NCBI RefSeq assembly: GCF_050953645.1
Contig: NZ_JBMNMY010000001.1
DNA length: 24,000 bases
Source of the DNA: Aminivibrio sp.
GTDB lineage: Bacteria > Synergistota > Synergistia > Synergistales > Aminobacteriaceae
Strand: one strand, 5' to 3'
Below are positions 1 through 8,908 of the stretch, in pieces. Positions within the stretch are counted from its first letter, which is position 1. Each line of letters opens with the position of its first letter. Under the pieces are notes generated by a model that saw nothing but the letters and a program-made list of their open reading frames with translations, searched no databases and had not been told where the DNA came from. The position numbers and the translations under genes were made by a program.

Positions 1-1
1 C

Positions 2-1333
2 TCAGCGCTCAGCGAAAAGAATTTTGTCCCCAACGAATTCTTCCCCCACCACGGCAGCCTCGCCCCCGAACTTCGCCGAAGCCTGGAGGAGCGGCTCCAG
101 AAGAAGGACCTTCCCACCACAGCGGTGTGCACCTCGACCCTCGAGCTGGGTATCGATATCGGGTCGGTGGCGTCCATCGGCCAGGTGGAGGAACCCTCCA
201 CGGTATCCGGTCTCCGCCAGCGCCTCGGGCGGTCGGGAAGAAGGGGCGGTCCCGCCGTGCTCCGGGTTTTCGCGGAAGAGCCGGAGATCACCCCGGACAG
301 CCACCCCGCCGATTTCCTCAGGTTTTCGCTTGTCCAGACGGCGGCGGTCCTCTCCCTGCTCCTGGAAAAATGGAGGGAACCTCCCCGGAAGGGGCTGTAC
401 CATCTTTCCACCCTCGTCCAGCAGACCCTGTCGGTGATCGCCCAGTACGGCGGCGTCAGGGCGGACCAGCTCTGGACCCTGCTGTGCGGCACAGGCCCCT
501 TTTCCATGGTGGGCAGGAACGATTACGCTGAATTCCTGCGGGGGCTTGCAGAAAAACACGCGATCACCCAGCTTGAGGACGGCCGTCTCGTACTTGGCAC
601 CGGGGGCGAGCTCCTGACGGACCGGTACACCTTCTTCACGGCATTCGCCTCGCCGGCCGAATACAGGCTCGAGCACGGGGGAACCGTTCTCGGCACCGTC
701 CCCCTCGAGATACCCCCTGCTCCGGGTCAGAGGATCCTTTTCGCAGGACGGGCATGGAAGTGTGTCTCGGTGATCGGGGAGACGAAGACCATTCTCCTCC
801 GGCCGTCCGCCGGGGGATCTCCTCCCCGGCTTTCGGGAGGGACCGCCATGGTCCACGATACGGTCAGAAGGAGGATGAAGGAGGTCTTTCTCGCCGGCGA
901 TCCTCCTTCATACTTCGACCGGACCGCCGCCGCCCTCTTCCGGGAGGGGGCAGGCAGATTCATGGCGTCGGGGCTCGGGGAGACGGACATCCTTGAGGGC
1001 AGGGACGCCCTTCATCTCTTTCCCTGGAGGGGCGACGAGGCCGTCGAGGCCGCCGCCATGCTCCTCCGCAGGAAAAAACTTAAGGTGGAAGCCCTCAGGG
1101 GTGTGATCACCGTTCGGGAATGCGGCCGCATGGCTCTTTTGTCGGCGGTGAAGCTCATCCTCTCGGAACCTCTGCCGGAAGGGGAGGATCTCGCTGCGGA
1201 CGTTCCGGACACGGAAGCGGAGAAGTTCGATCCCTTCGTCCCGGAGAAGCTCCGGAGGCGGGGCTGGGCCGCCCGGCACCTGGATGCGGCGGGGGCCGCG
1301 GAGTGGCTTTCCGGGCTGACGGAACAAAAATGA
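2..1333 (+). CDS. Lhr-type DEAD/DEAH (SF2) helicase, C-terminal ~443 aa; the 5' end lies beyond the left window edge
   Basis: The frame is open from base 2. Translation reads ...FFPHHGSLAPELRRSLEERLQKKDLPTTAVCTSTLELGIDIGSVASIGQVEEPSTVSGLRQRLGRSGRR, matching helicase motifs IV-VI in the Lhr pattern (HHGS.., TSxLELGIDxG, QRxGRxGR). A long helicase-associated C-terminal region follows, with a stop at 1331-1333. Confidence 0.8.
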   Translation, partial: SALSEKNFVPNEFFPHHGSLAPELRRSLEERLQKKDLPTTAVCTSTLELGIDIGSVASIGQVEEPSTVSGLRQRLGRSGRRGGPAVLRVFAEEPEITPDSHPADFLRFSLVQTAAVLSLLLEKWREPPRKGLYHLSTLVQQTLSVIAQYGGVRADQLWTLLCGTGPFSMVGRNDYAEFLRGLAEKHAITQLEDGRLVLGTGGELLTDRYTFFTAFASPAEYRLEHGGTVLGTVPLEIPPAPGQRILFAGRAWKCVSVIGETKTILLRPSAGGSPPRLSGGTAMVHDTVRRRMKEVFLAGDPPSYFDRTAAALFREGAGRFMASGLGETDILEGRDALHLFPWRGDEAVEAAAMLLRRKKLKVEALRGVITVRECGRMALLSAVKLILSEPLPEGEDLAADVPDTEAEKFDPFVPEKLRRRGWAARHLDAAGAAEWLSGLTEQK

Positions 1334-1399
1334 TAGAATAGCAGGCGATCCAGTCCTGCCCGGTCGTCTCTGCGGAAGGACGGAAAAGGAGCTGAAACC

Positions 1400-2449
1400 A
1401 TGGAATCAGGCAAACGAATCGCCGATTACGGCGTAACAATAGGGATAATGCCCCGGGGGCCGCGGAACGCCATCACAGATGTGGAAGGGGTCCGCGTGGG
1501 CCACTGCACCCTCTCCGACGGCCCCGTGCAGACGGGAGTGACGGCCGTCCTGCCTCACGGCGGCAATATCTTCAGGGAAAAACTCCTCGCTGCCGGGCAC
1601 GTGATCAACGGTTTCGGCAAATCCGCCGGGCTCATCCAGATCGGCGAAATGGGCACACTCGAGACCCCGATCCTCCTCACCAACACATTCTCCGTGGGCG
1701 CCGCCTCGGAGGCTCTCGTCCGGTACATGCTCGGGGACAACCCCGACATCGGCCGGGAGACGGGAACGGTAAACCCCGTGGTCTGCGAGTGCAACGACGG
1801 ATATCTCAACGATATCCGGGGTTTCCATGTCAGGGAGGAACACGTGCTGCAGGCCATCGCCTCCGCTTCGGCGGAGTTCCGTGAAGGAGCGGTGGGAGCG
1901 GGGCGGGGCATGTCGTGCTACCAGCTCAAGGGGGGCATCGGGACCGCGTCAAGAATACTGGAAGTTGAGGGATCGTCCTTCACCCTCGGCGCGCTCGTCC
2001 TCTCCAACTTCGGCCAGATGGAGGACCTCCGGGTGGACGGCAGGCATATCGGCCCGTCCATCATGGAGACAGACCCTCCCGGCGACGAACAGGGCTCCGT
2101 CATCGTGGTCATCGCCACGGACATTCCCCTCACGGAACGGCAGCTCGGCCGGGTGGCCAGGCGCGCCTCAGTGGGGATAACCCGCACGGGGGCCTTCATA
2201 GGCAGCGGAAGCGGAGAGATCTCCCTTGCCTTCACCACGGCCAACCGGGTCCTGCACGACGAAACGGCGCCGACAGTCCCTCTGGCCATGTTCAACGAAA
2301 ACTACATCAACCTCGCCTTCCGGGCGGCGGCGGAATCTGTGGACGAAGCGGTGCTCAATTCCATGACATGCGCCGGATCCGTCACGGGCAGGGACGGGAA
2401 TTACCGCCTTTCCCTCGCCGGGTTCTCCGGCCTCTTCGCCCGGGGATGA
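1400..2449 (+). CDS. P1-family (DmpA/BapA, formerly S58) aminopeptidase
   Basis: 349-aa ORF with RBS AAAGGAG upstream. The N-terminus ...PRGPRNAITDVEGVRVGHCTL...QTGVTAVLP and ...GSVIVVIATDIPL... are typical of DmpA-type L-aminopeptidase/D-esterase. Confidence 0.85.
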   Translation: MESGKRIADYGVTIGIMPRGPRNAITDVEGVRVGHCTLSDGPVQTGVTAVLPHGGNIFREKLLAAGHVINGFGKSAGLIQIGEMGTLETPILLTNTFSVGAASEALVRYMLGDNPDIGRETGTVNPVVCECNDGYLNDIRGFHVREEHVLQAIASASAEFREGAVGAGRGMSCYQLKGGIGTASRILEVEGSSFTLGALVLSNFGQMEDLRVDGRHIGPSIMETDPPGDEQGSVIVVIATDIPLTERQLGRVARRASVGITRTGAFIGSGSGEISLAFTTANRVLHDETAPTVPLAMFNENYINLAFRAAAESVDEAVLNSMTCAGSVTGRDGNYRLSLAGFSGLFARG

Positions 2450-2486
2450 CCGTGACCGCCCGAGACAATAAAGGAGACGATACCCG

Positions 2487-3615
2487 ATGACCGAAGAGAT
2501 GCAGAACATTGAAATGAACGATAAAGAAACACCTGATACGGAAACGCCGGATGCCCGGTCCCAGGACATTGAGCAGCAGCATGCCCGGATGCAGTTTCTT
2601 GACAAGGCGAAAAAGCTCCACGAATGGTGTTTCGTGGCCGACGGGCACAACGACCTCCTTCCCCGGGTGCTTTTCAAGAGAGCGAAAGGGCGGACAAAAG
2701 TAATAGAGCAGGACTACCTTCCCCTGTTCCGGGAGGGCCGGGTCAACCTGGTGGTGTCGTCCCTCTTCATCGGCGACGAATATCTTCCCGAGATGGGGCT
2801 CAGGAGGGCCCTGGGCTGCATCAGCGCCCTCCGCGCGGAGATGGAGGAAAGCCCCGGGCTCTTTTCCCTCTGCCGGAATACGGCGGAAATCGAGGCGGCC
2901 AACGAACGGGGCGAGCTGGCCATACTTCTCTCCTTCGAGGGGCTCGAACCCATAGGGAACGACCTCTCCCTGCTCGGGATCTTCCACGAGCTGGGTGTCC
3001 GGGGCGTGGGCATCGCCTGGAGCCGCAGGAACTACGCCGCTGACGGATGCTCCTTCTCCCCCGTCCGGGAGGGCAGGAAAGGCGGTCTCACGGAATTCGG
3101 CGTCCGGGTCCTGGAGGAAGCGCTCAGGCTCGGCATGTACCTGGACATCAGCCACCTCAACGACGAGGGTGTGGAGGATGTATTCTCCCTCTTCGACGTT
3201 CCCGTGACGGCATCCCACTCCAACTGCCGCGCGCTGACGCCGGTGATGCGGAACCTCACCGACGAGCAGACCTGCACGGCTCGCCGCCCGGGGAGGCGTC
3301 CAGGGGCTCAACGTCTGCAGCGCCTTCGCCGGAAATCCTGATGAAAAGCAGGTGGACGAAAAAGACCTCGCGGACCATGCGGACCACATAGTGAGAACCG
3401 CAGGACCCGGTGTCCCCGTCTTCGGCTTCGACTTCTGCGACGAGTTCCGTGACTTCTCCGGCCCCGGCCCTCACCGGTACTACGACTGCATCAGTGGATA
3501 TCCCAAAAGCTTCGGCCTCACGGCGGAACTCCTGTCCCGGGGGTATCCGTCGGACCAGATCGCGGGCATAATCGGCGGAAACCTCCTCCGCTTTCTGAAA
3601 AGCACCATCGGCTGA
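2487..3615 (+). pseudogene. Membrane (renal-type) dipeptidase, peptidase family M19, interrupted by a 1-nt frame change near 3270
   Basis: Frame 0 (2487..3341) carries DGHNDL, SFEGLEPIG, ISHLND, ASHSNCRAL and RNLTDEQ. Homology continues in the +1 frame (...PARLAARGGVQGLNVCSAF...DLADHADHIVRTAGPGVPVFGFDFCDEF...GGNLLRFL) to the stop at 3613-3615. The ORF track shows it as two pieces, 2487..3341 and 3352..3615. Confidence 0.8.
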
Positions 3616-3666
3616 AGAAAAGCCCGGCGGCACCTCGAGTGAGCCCGGCCCCCAAAGGAGACTTAA

Positions 3667-4734
3667 ATGAAAAAAACGATATTTATACTGGCACTGATCC
3701 TTCTGCTGCAGGCGTCCAGCCTGCCCGGAAAAGCTGAAGAAACTCCCTGGCAGCCCCTTCACGACTACGCCCTCTCCCTCTACCGTTCCGGCATGTTCTC
3801 CGAAGCCGTCACGGAAGGGATGAAGGCCCTCGAGGCTGCTGAGAAAGGAGGCGGGCCGAAATCGCTTCCCGCGGCGTCCACACTGGGTCTCATAGCCAAC
3901 GCGTGGCACAGTCTCGGACAGTATGCCGAGGCGGAACAATACTACCTCCGCGCACTGGCGATCCACGAGGAGCACAACGGCCCGAACCACCCCGACACCG
4001 CCTCGACCCTCAACAACCTCGCCCAGCTCAGGCACTTCCAGGGCCGGTACTCCGAGTCGGAGGCCCTCTACAAACGGGCCATTGGATCCTACGAAAAATC
4101 CCTCGGGGCCGATGATTTCTCCCTTGCGACCCCGCTGAACAACCTCGCGGAGCTCTACCGCTCCCAGGGAGATCCCGACGCAGCTGAACCCCTGTTTTTC
4201 AGGGCAATGGGCCTTTACGAGCAGCACCTGGGCCCCGATCACCCCAACGTGGCCATGTGCCTCAACAACCTTGCCCTTCTGAACCAGGCGGGCGGCAGGC
4301 CGGACCAGGCGGAGGCCATGTTCCGCCGCTCCCTGGCCATATTCGAGACCCTCGGCCCGGAGCACTCCTACGTGGCCGCGTCGCTGAACAACCTGGCACT
4401 GCTGCTCTTCGAGGAGAAAAAAGCTGCCGCCGCCGAGCCCCTGTTTCTCAGGGCCCTGACCATCTACGAAAAGAACCTCGGGGAGGGGCACCCCTCCGTT
4501 GCCTCGGTGATCCACAACCTTGGGGAGCTCTCCCGGGCAAAGGGGGACGCAAAACAGTCGGAGGCCTATTTCAGAAGGGCCCTTGCCATAAAAGAACGGT
4601 ACCTCGGCACCGACCACCCGTCGGTGGCCGGCACCCTTGAAAACCTCGCCGCCCTGTACAGGGAGACTGGCAGAACGGACGAGGCGCTTCCACTGGAGGA
4701 GCGGGCGGCGGAGATACGGGGGCTTCCCCGCTGA
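3667..4734 (+). CDS. Secreted tetratricopeptide-repeat protein (TPR_12 / kinesin-light-chain-like repeats)
   Basis: Has a signal peptide (MKKTIFILALILLLQASSLPGKA/EE). About 7 tandem 42-aa units follow the pattern A-x-PL-x-RAL-x-I-x-E-x-x-LG-x-DHP-x-VA-x-x-LNNLA-x-LY. RBS AAAGGAGA. Confidence 0.85.
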   Translation: MKKTIFILALILLLQASSLPGKAEETPWQPLHDYALSLYRSGMFSEAVTEGMKALEAAEKGGGPKSLPAASTLGLIANAWHSLGQYAEAEQYYLRALAIHEEHNGPNHPDTASTLNNLAQLRHFQGRYSESEALYKRAIGSYEKSLGADDFSLATPLNNLAELYRSQGDPDAAEPLFFRAMGLYEQHLGPDHPNVAMCLNNLALLNQAGGRPDQAEAMFRRSLAIFETLGPEHSYVAASLNNLALLLFEEKKAAAAEPLFLRALTIYEKNLGEGHPSVASVIHNLGELSRAKGDAKQSEAYFRRALAIKERYLGTDHPSVAGTLENLAALYRETGRTDEALPLEERAAEIRGLPR

Positions 4735-4754
4735 GGATCAGTGAAGAAAGCCAA

Positions 4755-4797
4755 AAACAGCCCGGGCTCCCTGTTTTCGGGGAAACCCGGGCTGTTT
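4755..4797. terminator. Bidirectional hairpin between convergent genes
   Basis: AAACAGCCCGGG (4755-4766) and CCCGGGCTGTTT (4786-4797) form a perfect 12-bp inverted repeat around a 19-nt loop. It lies between the TPR stop (4734) and the minus-strand crystallin stop (4818), with T/A runs at both feet. Confidence 0.6.
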
Positions 4798-4817
4798 GCG
4801 GAAAAACCGGCCCCGGT

Positions 4818-6320
4818 TTACTGAAAGTCGTCCAGAACTCTTACGGCGGAGATTTTATCTCCCCATCCCCAGCCGTGAAGGGTCGGAACGTTTTGCCCGG
4901 CTCTGAAAGTGTTAAGAGGCTGAGTGTGTGTACCGGGGTTGATGTGCTCGTATATTTCAACCCTTACACTGCTTCCGACTTTAAACGAGCTGATCCTGTC
5001 GTTCCAGCTTTTGTTCGAATTTTCCATCATAACTTTCGTAAGATCAGGCTGGTGGTGGTTTGCCCTGACTATAAGATGTTCCCCTCCGTAGTCCACGTGC
5101 TCGAAGAACACCACCTCGTCCGGCTGGGGCTCAACCGCGTCGTCTGCAGGATCCCAGTCCTTTTCCCGTATCTTTATGGAGGAGATCCTGTCGCCCCACC
5201 CGCTGCCGTGGAGATTCCCGATTTCCGTGACCCCGTTTCCGTCTCCCCTGTGCTGGACGCAGCCTCCCTCGTAGTTGATATGGGTGCACACGTAGGCCTG
5301 GGCGTTTTTCCCGATCTTCAGGGAACTGATTTTGTCGTTCCAGGTTCCCTTGGCATCCCAGAGTGAAAGCTGTGTGAGATCGGGCAGGCTTTCCCCGACG
5401 GAATAAATTCTGTATTCTCCCAGGAAGTTTGTGTCCTTGAAGAATATTATCTCTTCATCCATGGGTATGATTTCCTGATCGTCCGTCTGTCCCGTACCGT
5501 CAGTTCCTCCGGATTCCCCGGTCTGATCGGACCCTCCGGTATCCCCTGTTCCGCCGGTTCCTCCTGTTTCTTCCGAACCGCCTGAGCGTTCGCTCTCCGG
5601 CGTCCAGCCCCTGGCGCGGACCTTCATCGAGGATATCCTGTCTTCCCACCCCGTACCGTGAAGGCTCATGATCTCCTTGTCTCCATGGCCGTCGCCGCTG
5701 AAGGAAATGCAGGGTCCCCCGTAATTGATGTCGGTGCACAGGTAGACAAGCGCGTCTTTTCCTATCTTCAGTGAGCTGATCCTGTCATTCCATGTTCTGC
5801 CGCTGGAAATGGGCCACTGTCTCAGGTCGGGATAATCTCCGACCGCATTCGGTGAAAGCATTGCTCCGTAGTAGTTGGCATGTTCGAAGATCAGAACCTC
5901 GTCAGGCCCCGGAACGACCCTCTGCAGGATCCTGACGGATGAGACCGTGTCTCCCCAGCCCATGCCGTGCAGGTCGGCAACAAGAAAATCGTTTGTTCCG
6001 TCTCCCTCGAAACTGATGCTGGCACCCCCGAAATTGGTGTTCTGGTACAGTATGACCCTGGCATTCTTTCCGACCGCCAGGGAACTGATCTGATCGTTCC
6101 ATTTTTCTCCTGTGTGAAGGTTCCACCGGGAAAGATCGGGAACGACGTTGTCATATGTGAAGCCCATGTTTCCTCCTTCAAAACCCGGACTCTCGAACAG
6201 GATCACCTGGAAATCGGCAGGATCCGGCGGATCCGCCGCATGCGCGGAAAACGGAATGGAAAGAAGGAAAACAATCAGAACCGCCGCCAGTGCTGCACCG
6301 GGAACACATCTGATCTTCAT
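4818..6320 (-). CDS. Secreted protein with four beta-gamma-crystallin (double Greek-key, Ca-binding type) domains and a G/T/S/D-rich central linker
   Basis: Has a signal peptide (...SIPFSAHA/ADPP). Eight Greek-key signatures [YF]xxxx[FY]xG are present (FESPGFEG, YQNTNFGG, FEHANYYG, FKDTNFLG, FEHVDYGG and others). Each is followed by an N/D-D-x-[IV]-S-S motif (WNDQISS, WGDTVSS, WNDRISS, WEDRISS, WNDKISS, WGDRISS, WNDRISS, WGDKISA). RBS AAGGAGGGG. Confidence 0.8.
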   Translation of the reverse strand: MKIRCVPGAALAAVLIVFLLSIPFSAHAADPPDPADFQVILFESPGFEGGNMGFTYDNVVPDLSRWNLHTGEKWNDQISSLAVGKNARVILYQNTNFGGASISFEGDGTNDFLVADLHGMGWGDTVSSVRILQRVVPGPDEVLIFEHANYYGAMLSPNAVGDYPDLRQWPISSGRTWNDRISSLKIGKDALVYLCTDINYGGPCISFSGDGHGDKEIMSLHGTGWEDRISSMKVRARGWTPESERSGGSEETGGTGGTGDTGGSDQTGESGGTDGTGQTDDQEIIPMDEEIIFFKDTNFLGEYRIYSVGESLPDLTQLSLWDAKGTWNDKISSLKIGKNAQAYVCTHINYEGGCVQHRGDGNGVTEIGNLHGSGWGDRISSIKIREKDWDPADDAVEPQPDEVVFFEHVDYGGEHLIVRANHHQPDLTKVMMENSNKSWNDRISSFKVGSSVRVEIYEHINPGTHTQPLNTFRAGQNVPTLHGWGWGDKISAVRVLDDFQ

Positions 6321-6392
6321 GGAAAGATCCCCTCCTTAAGCCTGAAGTGAAAACATGCCTTGAAAAAAGAAAATTCTTGCAACTGTTCGTTA

Positions 6393-6421
6393 ATTATAGG
6401 GAGTGCTGGAAATCCAGTCAA
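6393..6421 (-). promoter_or_regulatory. Sigma70-type promoter for the crystallin gene
   Basis: On the minus strand: TTGACT (6421-6416), a 17-nt spacer, then TATAAT (6398-6393). This sits about 70 nt upstream of the ATG at 6320, in an AT-rich divergent intergenic region. Confidence 0.55.
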
Positions 6422-6568
6422 TCGGGTCCCGCGAGAATTCTTCAGGCACGGCATGTGCTGTTCATGGAATATATATTTCAACCTCGCGTAAAGTGAGCTG
6501 CGGATAGAAAAATTTCACGAAAACGTGTATGATATGATTATAAATATTATAACCTGGAGGGAATTCTT

Positions 6569-7729
6569 TTGGCGATCTACATGAACAACGGGGCCACGAC
6601 ATGGCCCAAGCCGGAGTGCGTGGCAAGGGCCATGTCGGACTTCCTCACCGGGTGCGGCGCAAACCTCGCTCGGGGAAGCGCATCGAAGCGCGACATGGGG
6701 ACCCTCGACCTGGTCTTCTCGTGCCGTGAGCTTCTGGCGTCCTTCTTCGGGGGATGGGAAGGCGACGCAAGGTATGTGACCTTCACCGCCAGCGTCACCG
6801 AATCCCTCAACGTGGTGTTCAAGGGATACCTCAAACCCGGAATGAAGGTCCTCATCTCGTCCATGGAGCACAACGCGGTCGTCAGGCCTCTCAGGCGCCT
6901 CGAGACCACGGGCGTATCCGTGGAGGTCCTTCCCTGCGACGAAGAAGGCTTCCTCCATCCATCAACAGTGGAGAAAGCACTGAACGGATCCGGGGTTTCC
7001 ATGGTGGCCCTCTCCCACTGCAGCAACGTGTGCGGCACGATACAGGACCTGGATTCCATAGCCGCCCTCTGCAGGGAGGCAGGAGTTCCCCTGGTCGCCG
7101 ACTGCGCACAGACTGCGGGCATTCTTCCGCTCCAAGCGGAAAAGCTCGGCCTCTCAGCCCTCTGTTTCACGGGCCACAAGGGCCTCCTCGGTCCTCAGGG
7201 AATCGGGGGCATTCTCTGGAACCCGGATTTCGCTGAAAAAACGGACTGGTTTGTTGAGGGAGGCACCGGAAGCTTCTCCCATCTCGAACTGCAGCCCGAC
7301 ACTCTGCCGGACAAGTTCGAGGCAGGCACCCCCAACCTTCCCGGGATAGCGGGGCTCTTTGCGGCCCTTGAATGGATAGGGGAAACGGGGATGGAGAATA
7401 TCAGGAGACGGGAAGAGGCACTCGGCGCCCTGCTTCTGGAAGGGCTGCTCTCCCTCCCCGGCGTTCAGCTCTCGGGGCGGAAGACTATGGACGGCCGACT
7501 GCCCGTGTTCGCGGTCAACTTCCGCGGCAGGGACAACGGAATTCTCGCGGCCAGGCTGTCAGATGAATGGGGTATCGAGACCCGTCCGGGCCTTCACTGC
7601 GCCCCGCTGGCCCACAAGACACTCGGAACATTCCCGGGAGGCGCGCTGCGCCTCAGCCCGGGGTGGTTCACCACCGTTGAAGAAGTGCAGAAGACGGTGG
7701 GAGCCCTGAAGGAAATACTCTCAACATGA
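6569..7729 (+). CDS. Class-V aminotransferase, NifS-like cysteine desulfurase / selenocysteine-lyase family
   Basis: TTG start 8 nt after GGAGGG. The N-terminus reads ..IYMNNGATTWPKPECV.. (IY-x-DNAATT-x-PKP pattern). Also present are SHCSNVCGTIQDL and the PLP-lysine region FTGHKGLLGPQGIGG. It lies immediately upstream of selD. Confidence 0.85.
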   Translation: MAIYMNNGATTWPKPECVARAMSDFLTGCGANLARGSASKRDMGTLDLVFSCRELLASFFGGWEGDARYVTFTASVTESLNVVFKGYLKPGMKVLISSMEHNAVVRPLRRLETTGVSVEVLPCDEEGFLHPSTVEKALNGSGVSMVALSHCSNVCGTIQDLDSIAALCREAGVPLVADCAQTAGILPLQAEKLGLSALCFTGHKGLLGPQGIGGILWNPDFAEKTDWFVEGGTGSFSHLELQPDTLPDKFEAGTPNLPGIAGLFAALEWIGETGMENIRRREEALGALLLEGLLSLPGVQLSGRKTMDGRLPVFAVNFRGRDNGILAARLSDEWGIETRPGLHCAPLAHKTLGTFPGGALRLSPGWFTTVEEVQKTVGALKEILST

Positions 7730-7749
7730 AGATCGGAGGAGGAGCAGTC

Positions 7750-8796
7750 ATGAGACTCACTGAACTTTCCACTACAAGCGGCTGAGCTGCAAAAATAGGT
7801 CCGGCGGACCTGGAGAAGATCCTCAGGGATCTCCCGCTTGCACGTGATGAACGGATCATAAGCTCATGGGGCTCCGGCGAGGACGCCGCCATCTGGACCC
7901 TCGACGCCGAAAGGGCGGGGGTCCTCACGGTGGATTTCATTACTCCCGTATCCGATGACCCGTATACGTGGGGGCAGATCGCCGCGGCGAACTCCCTGAG
8001 CGACGTGTTCGCCATGGGAGGGAAACCCTTCGTGGCCCTGAACATTGTCGGCTTTCCCACGAAGGCCCTGGGTCTGGACGTGCTGAAGGAAGTCCTCAGG
8101 GGAGGGCAGGAAAAGGTCGCCGAGGCGGGAGGATTTCTTCTCGGCGGGCACAGCGTGGACGACAGGGAACCCAAGTACGGCCTCGTTGTCTACGGAGAAG
8201 TGCGGAGGGACTCCATCTGGAAGGTCACGGGCGCAAGGCCGGGCGACCTCCTTATCCTCACCAAGCCTGTAGGCACGGGGATCGTGGCTACGGCAGTGAA
8301 GGCGGACATGGTGGAGGATGAAGCCTCACGGACCGAGGCCGCCAGGTGGATGACGACGCTGAACGACCTGCCCCGGCGCATCTCCGAAGCGGAGTGCCGT
8401 TCCGTGAACGCCTGCACCGACGTCACCGGTTTCGGCCTCGCCGGCCATGCCCTGGACATGCTCTCGGGGGGAGGCCTGAATCTCACCCTGGGGATACGGA
8501 ATGTCCCCCTTCTTCCCGGCGTCCTGGATCTCGCATGCAGCGGCCTCATCCCGGCAGGGACCTACAACAACAGGGTCGCCTACGAGGACAGGGTGAAGGA
8601 CCCGGGAAAACACGACGAGATCCTTATGGACATGATCTTCGACGCCCAGACATCCGGAGGCCTCCTGCTCGCAATGGGCAGGGACGATGCGGAAAAGATG
8701 CTTCCGGTGATCCGCGGTTTCGGCTTTGAGCAGGCGGCAGTGATCGGACAGTTCTCCGAGGGGGACGGAACCATAGAAATAGCGGACAGCATCTAG
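7750..8796 (+). CDS. selD: Selenide, water dikinase (selenophosphate synthetase) with selenocysteine encoded by in-frame TGA at 7783-7785
   Basis: ATG at 7750 follows a GGAGGAGG RBS. The product MRLTELSTTSG-U-AAKIGPADLEKIL... is continuous in frame with the ORF-track fragment 7930..8796 (DFITPVSDDPYTWGQIAAANSLSDVFAMGGKP...). Total length is 348 aa, typical for SelD. Confidence 0.9.
7797..7811 (+). promoter_or_regulatory. SECIS-like hairpin downstream of the selD UGA
   Basis: AGGTCC-GGC-GGACCT forms a 6-bp GC-rich stem with a G-containing apical loop. It starts 11 nt after the TGA (7783-7785). Confidence 0.55.
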
Positions 8797-8908
8797 ATTT
8801 CCGTCCGCTCCCGACCGCCAGTCCCCAGGTATGTTCCCGGACATGTTCTCATAAATCGTACCGCATAAAAAAAGTTTCCCATAATCTTCTGAGAAAGGTG
8901 TTGTCTTC

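Noticed and set aside
2-856. 284-aa minus-strand ORF antisense to the helicase gene. Similar long antisense ORFs occur at 2382..3389(-), 3256..4617(-), 8326..9051(-), 8984..9883(-), 13377..14555(-), 20064..20975(+), 21420..22589(+) and 22027..22986(+).
   Set aside because: Each lies opposite a gene with clear family motifs and a proper RBS. Their products are Arg/Pro/Gly-rich low-complexity sequence, typical of stop-poor antisense frames in high-GC DNA. None has a convincing RBS.
3247-3275. Programmed ribosomal frameshifting in the M19 dipeptidase
   Set aside because: I saw no X XXY YYZ slippery heptamer or obvious stimulatory structure at the junction, and this family is not known to use recoding. 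A simple indel, biological or from assembly, is more parsimonious.
5470-5600. Short G/T/S-coding nucleotide periodicity inside the crystallin gene as a possible independent tandem repeat or contingency locus
   Set aside because: It is in frame and encodes the flexible GT/GS linker between crystallin domains. The repeats are imperfect and not a simple homopolymer or microsatellite likely to slip.
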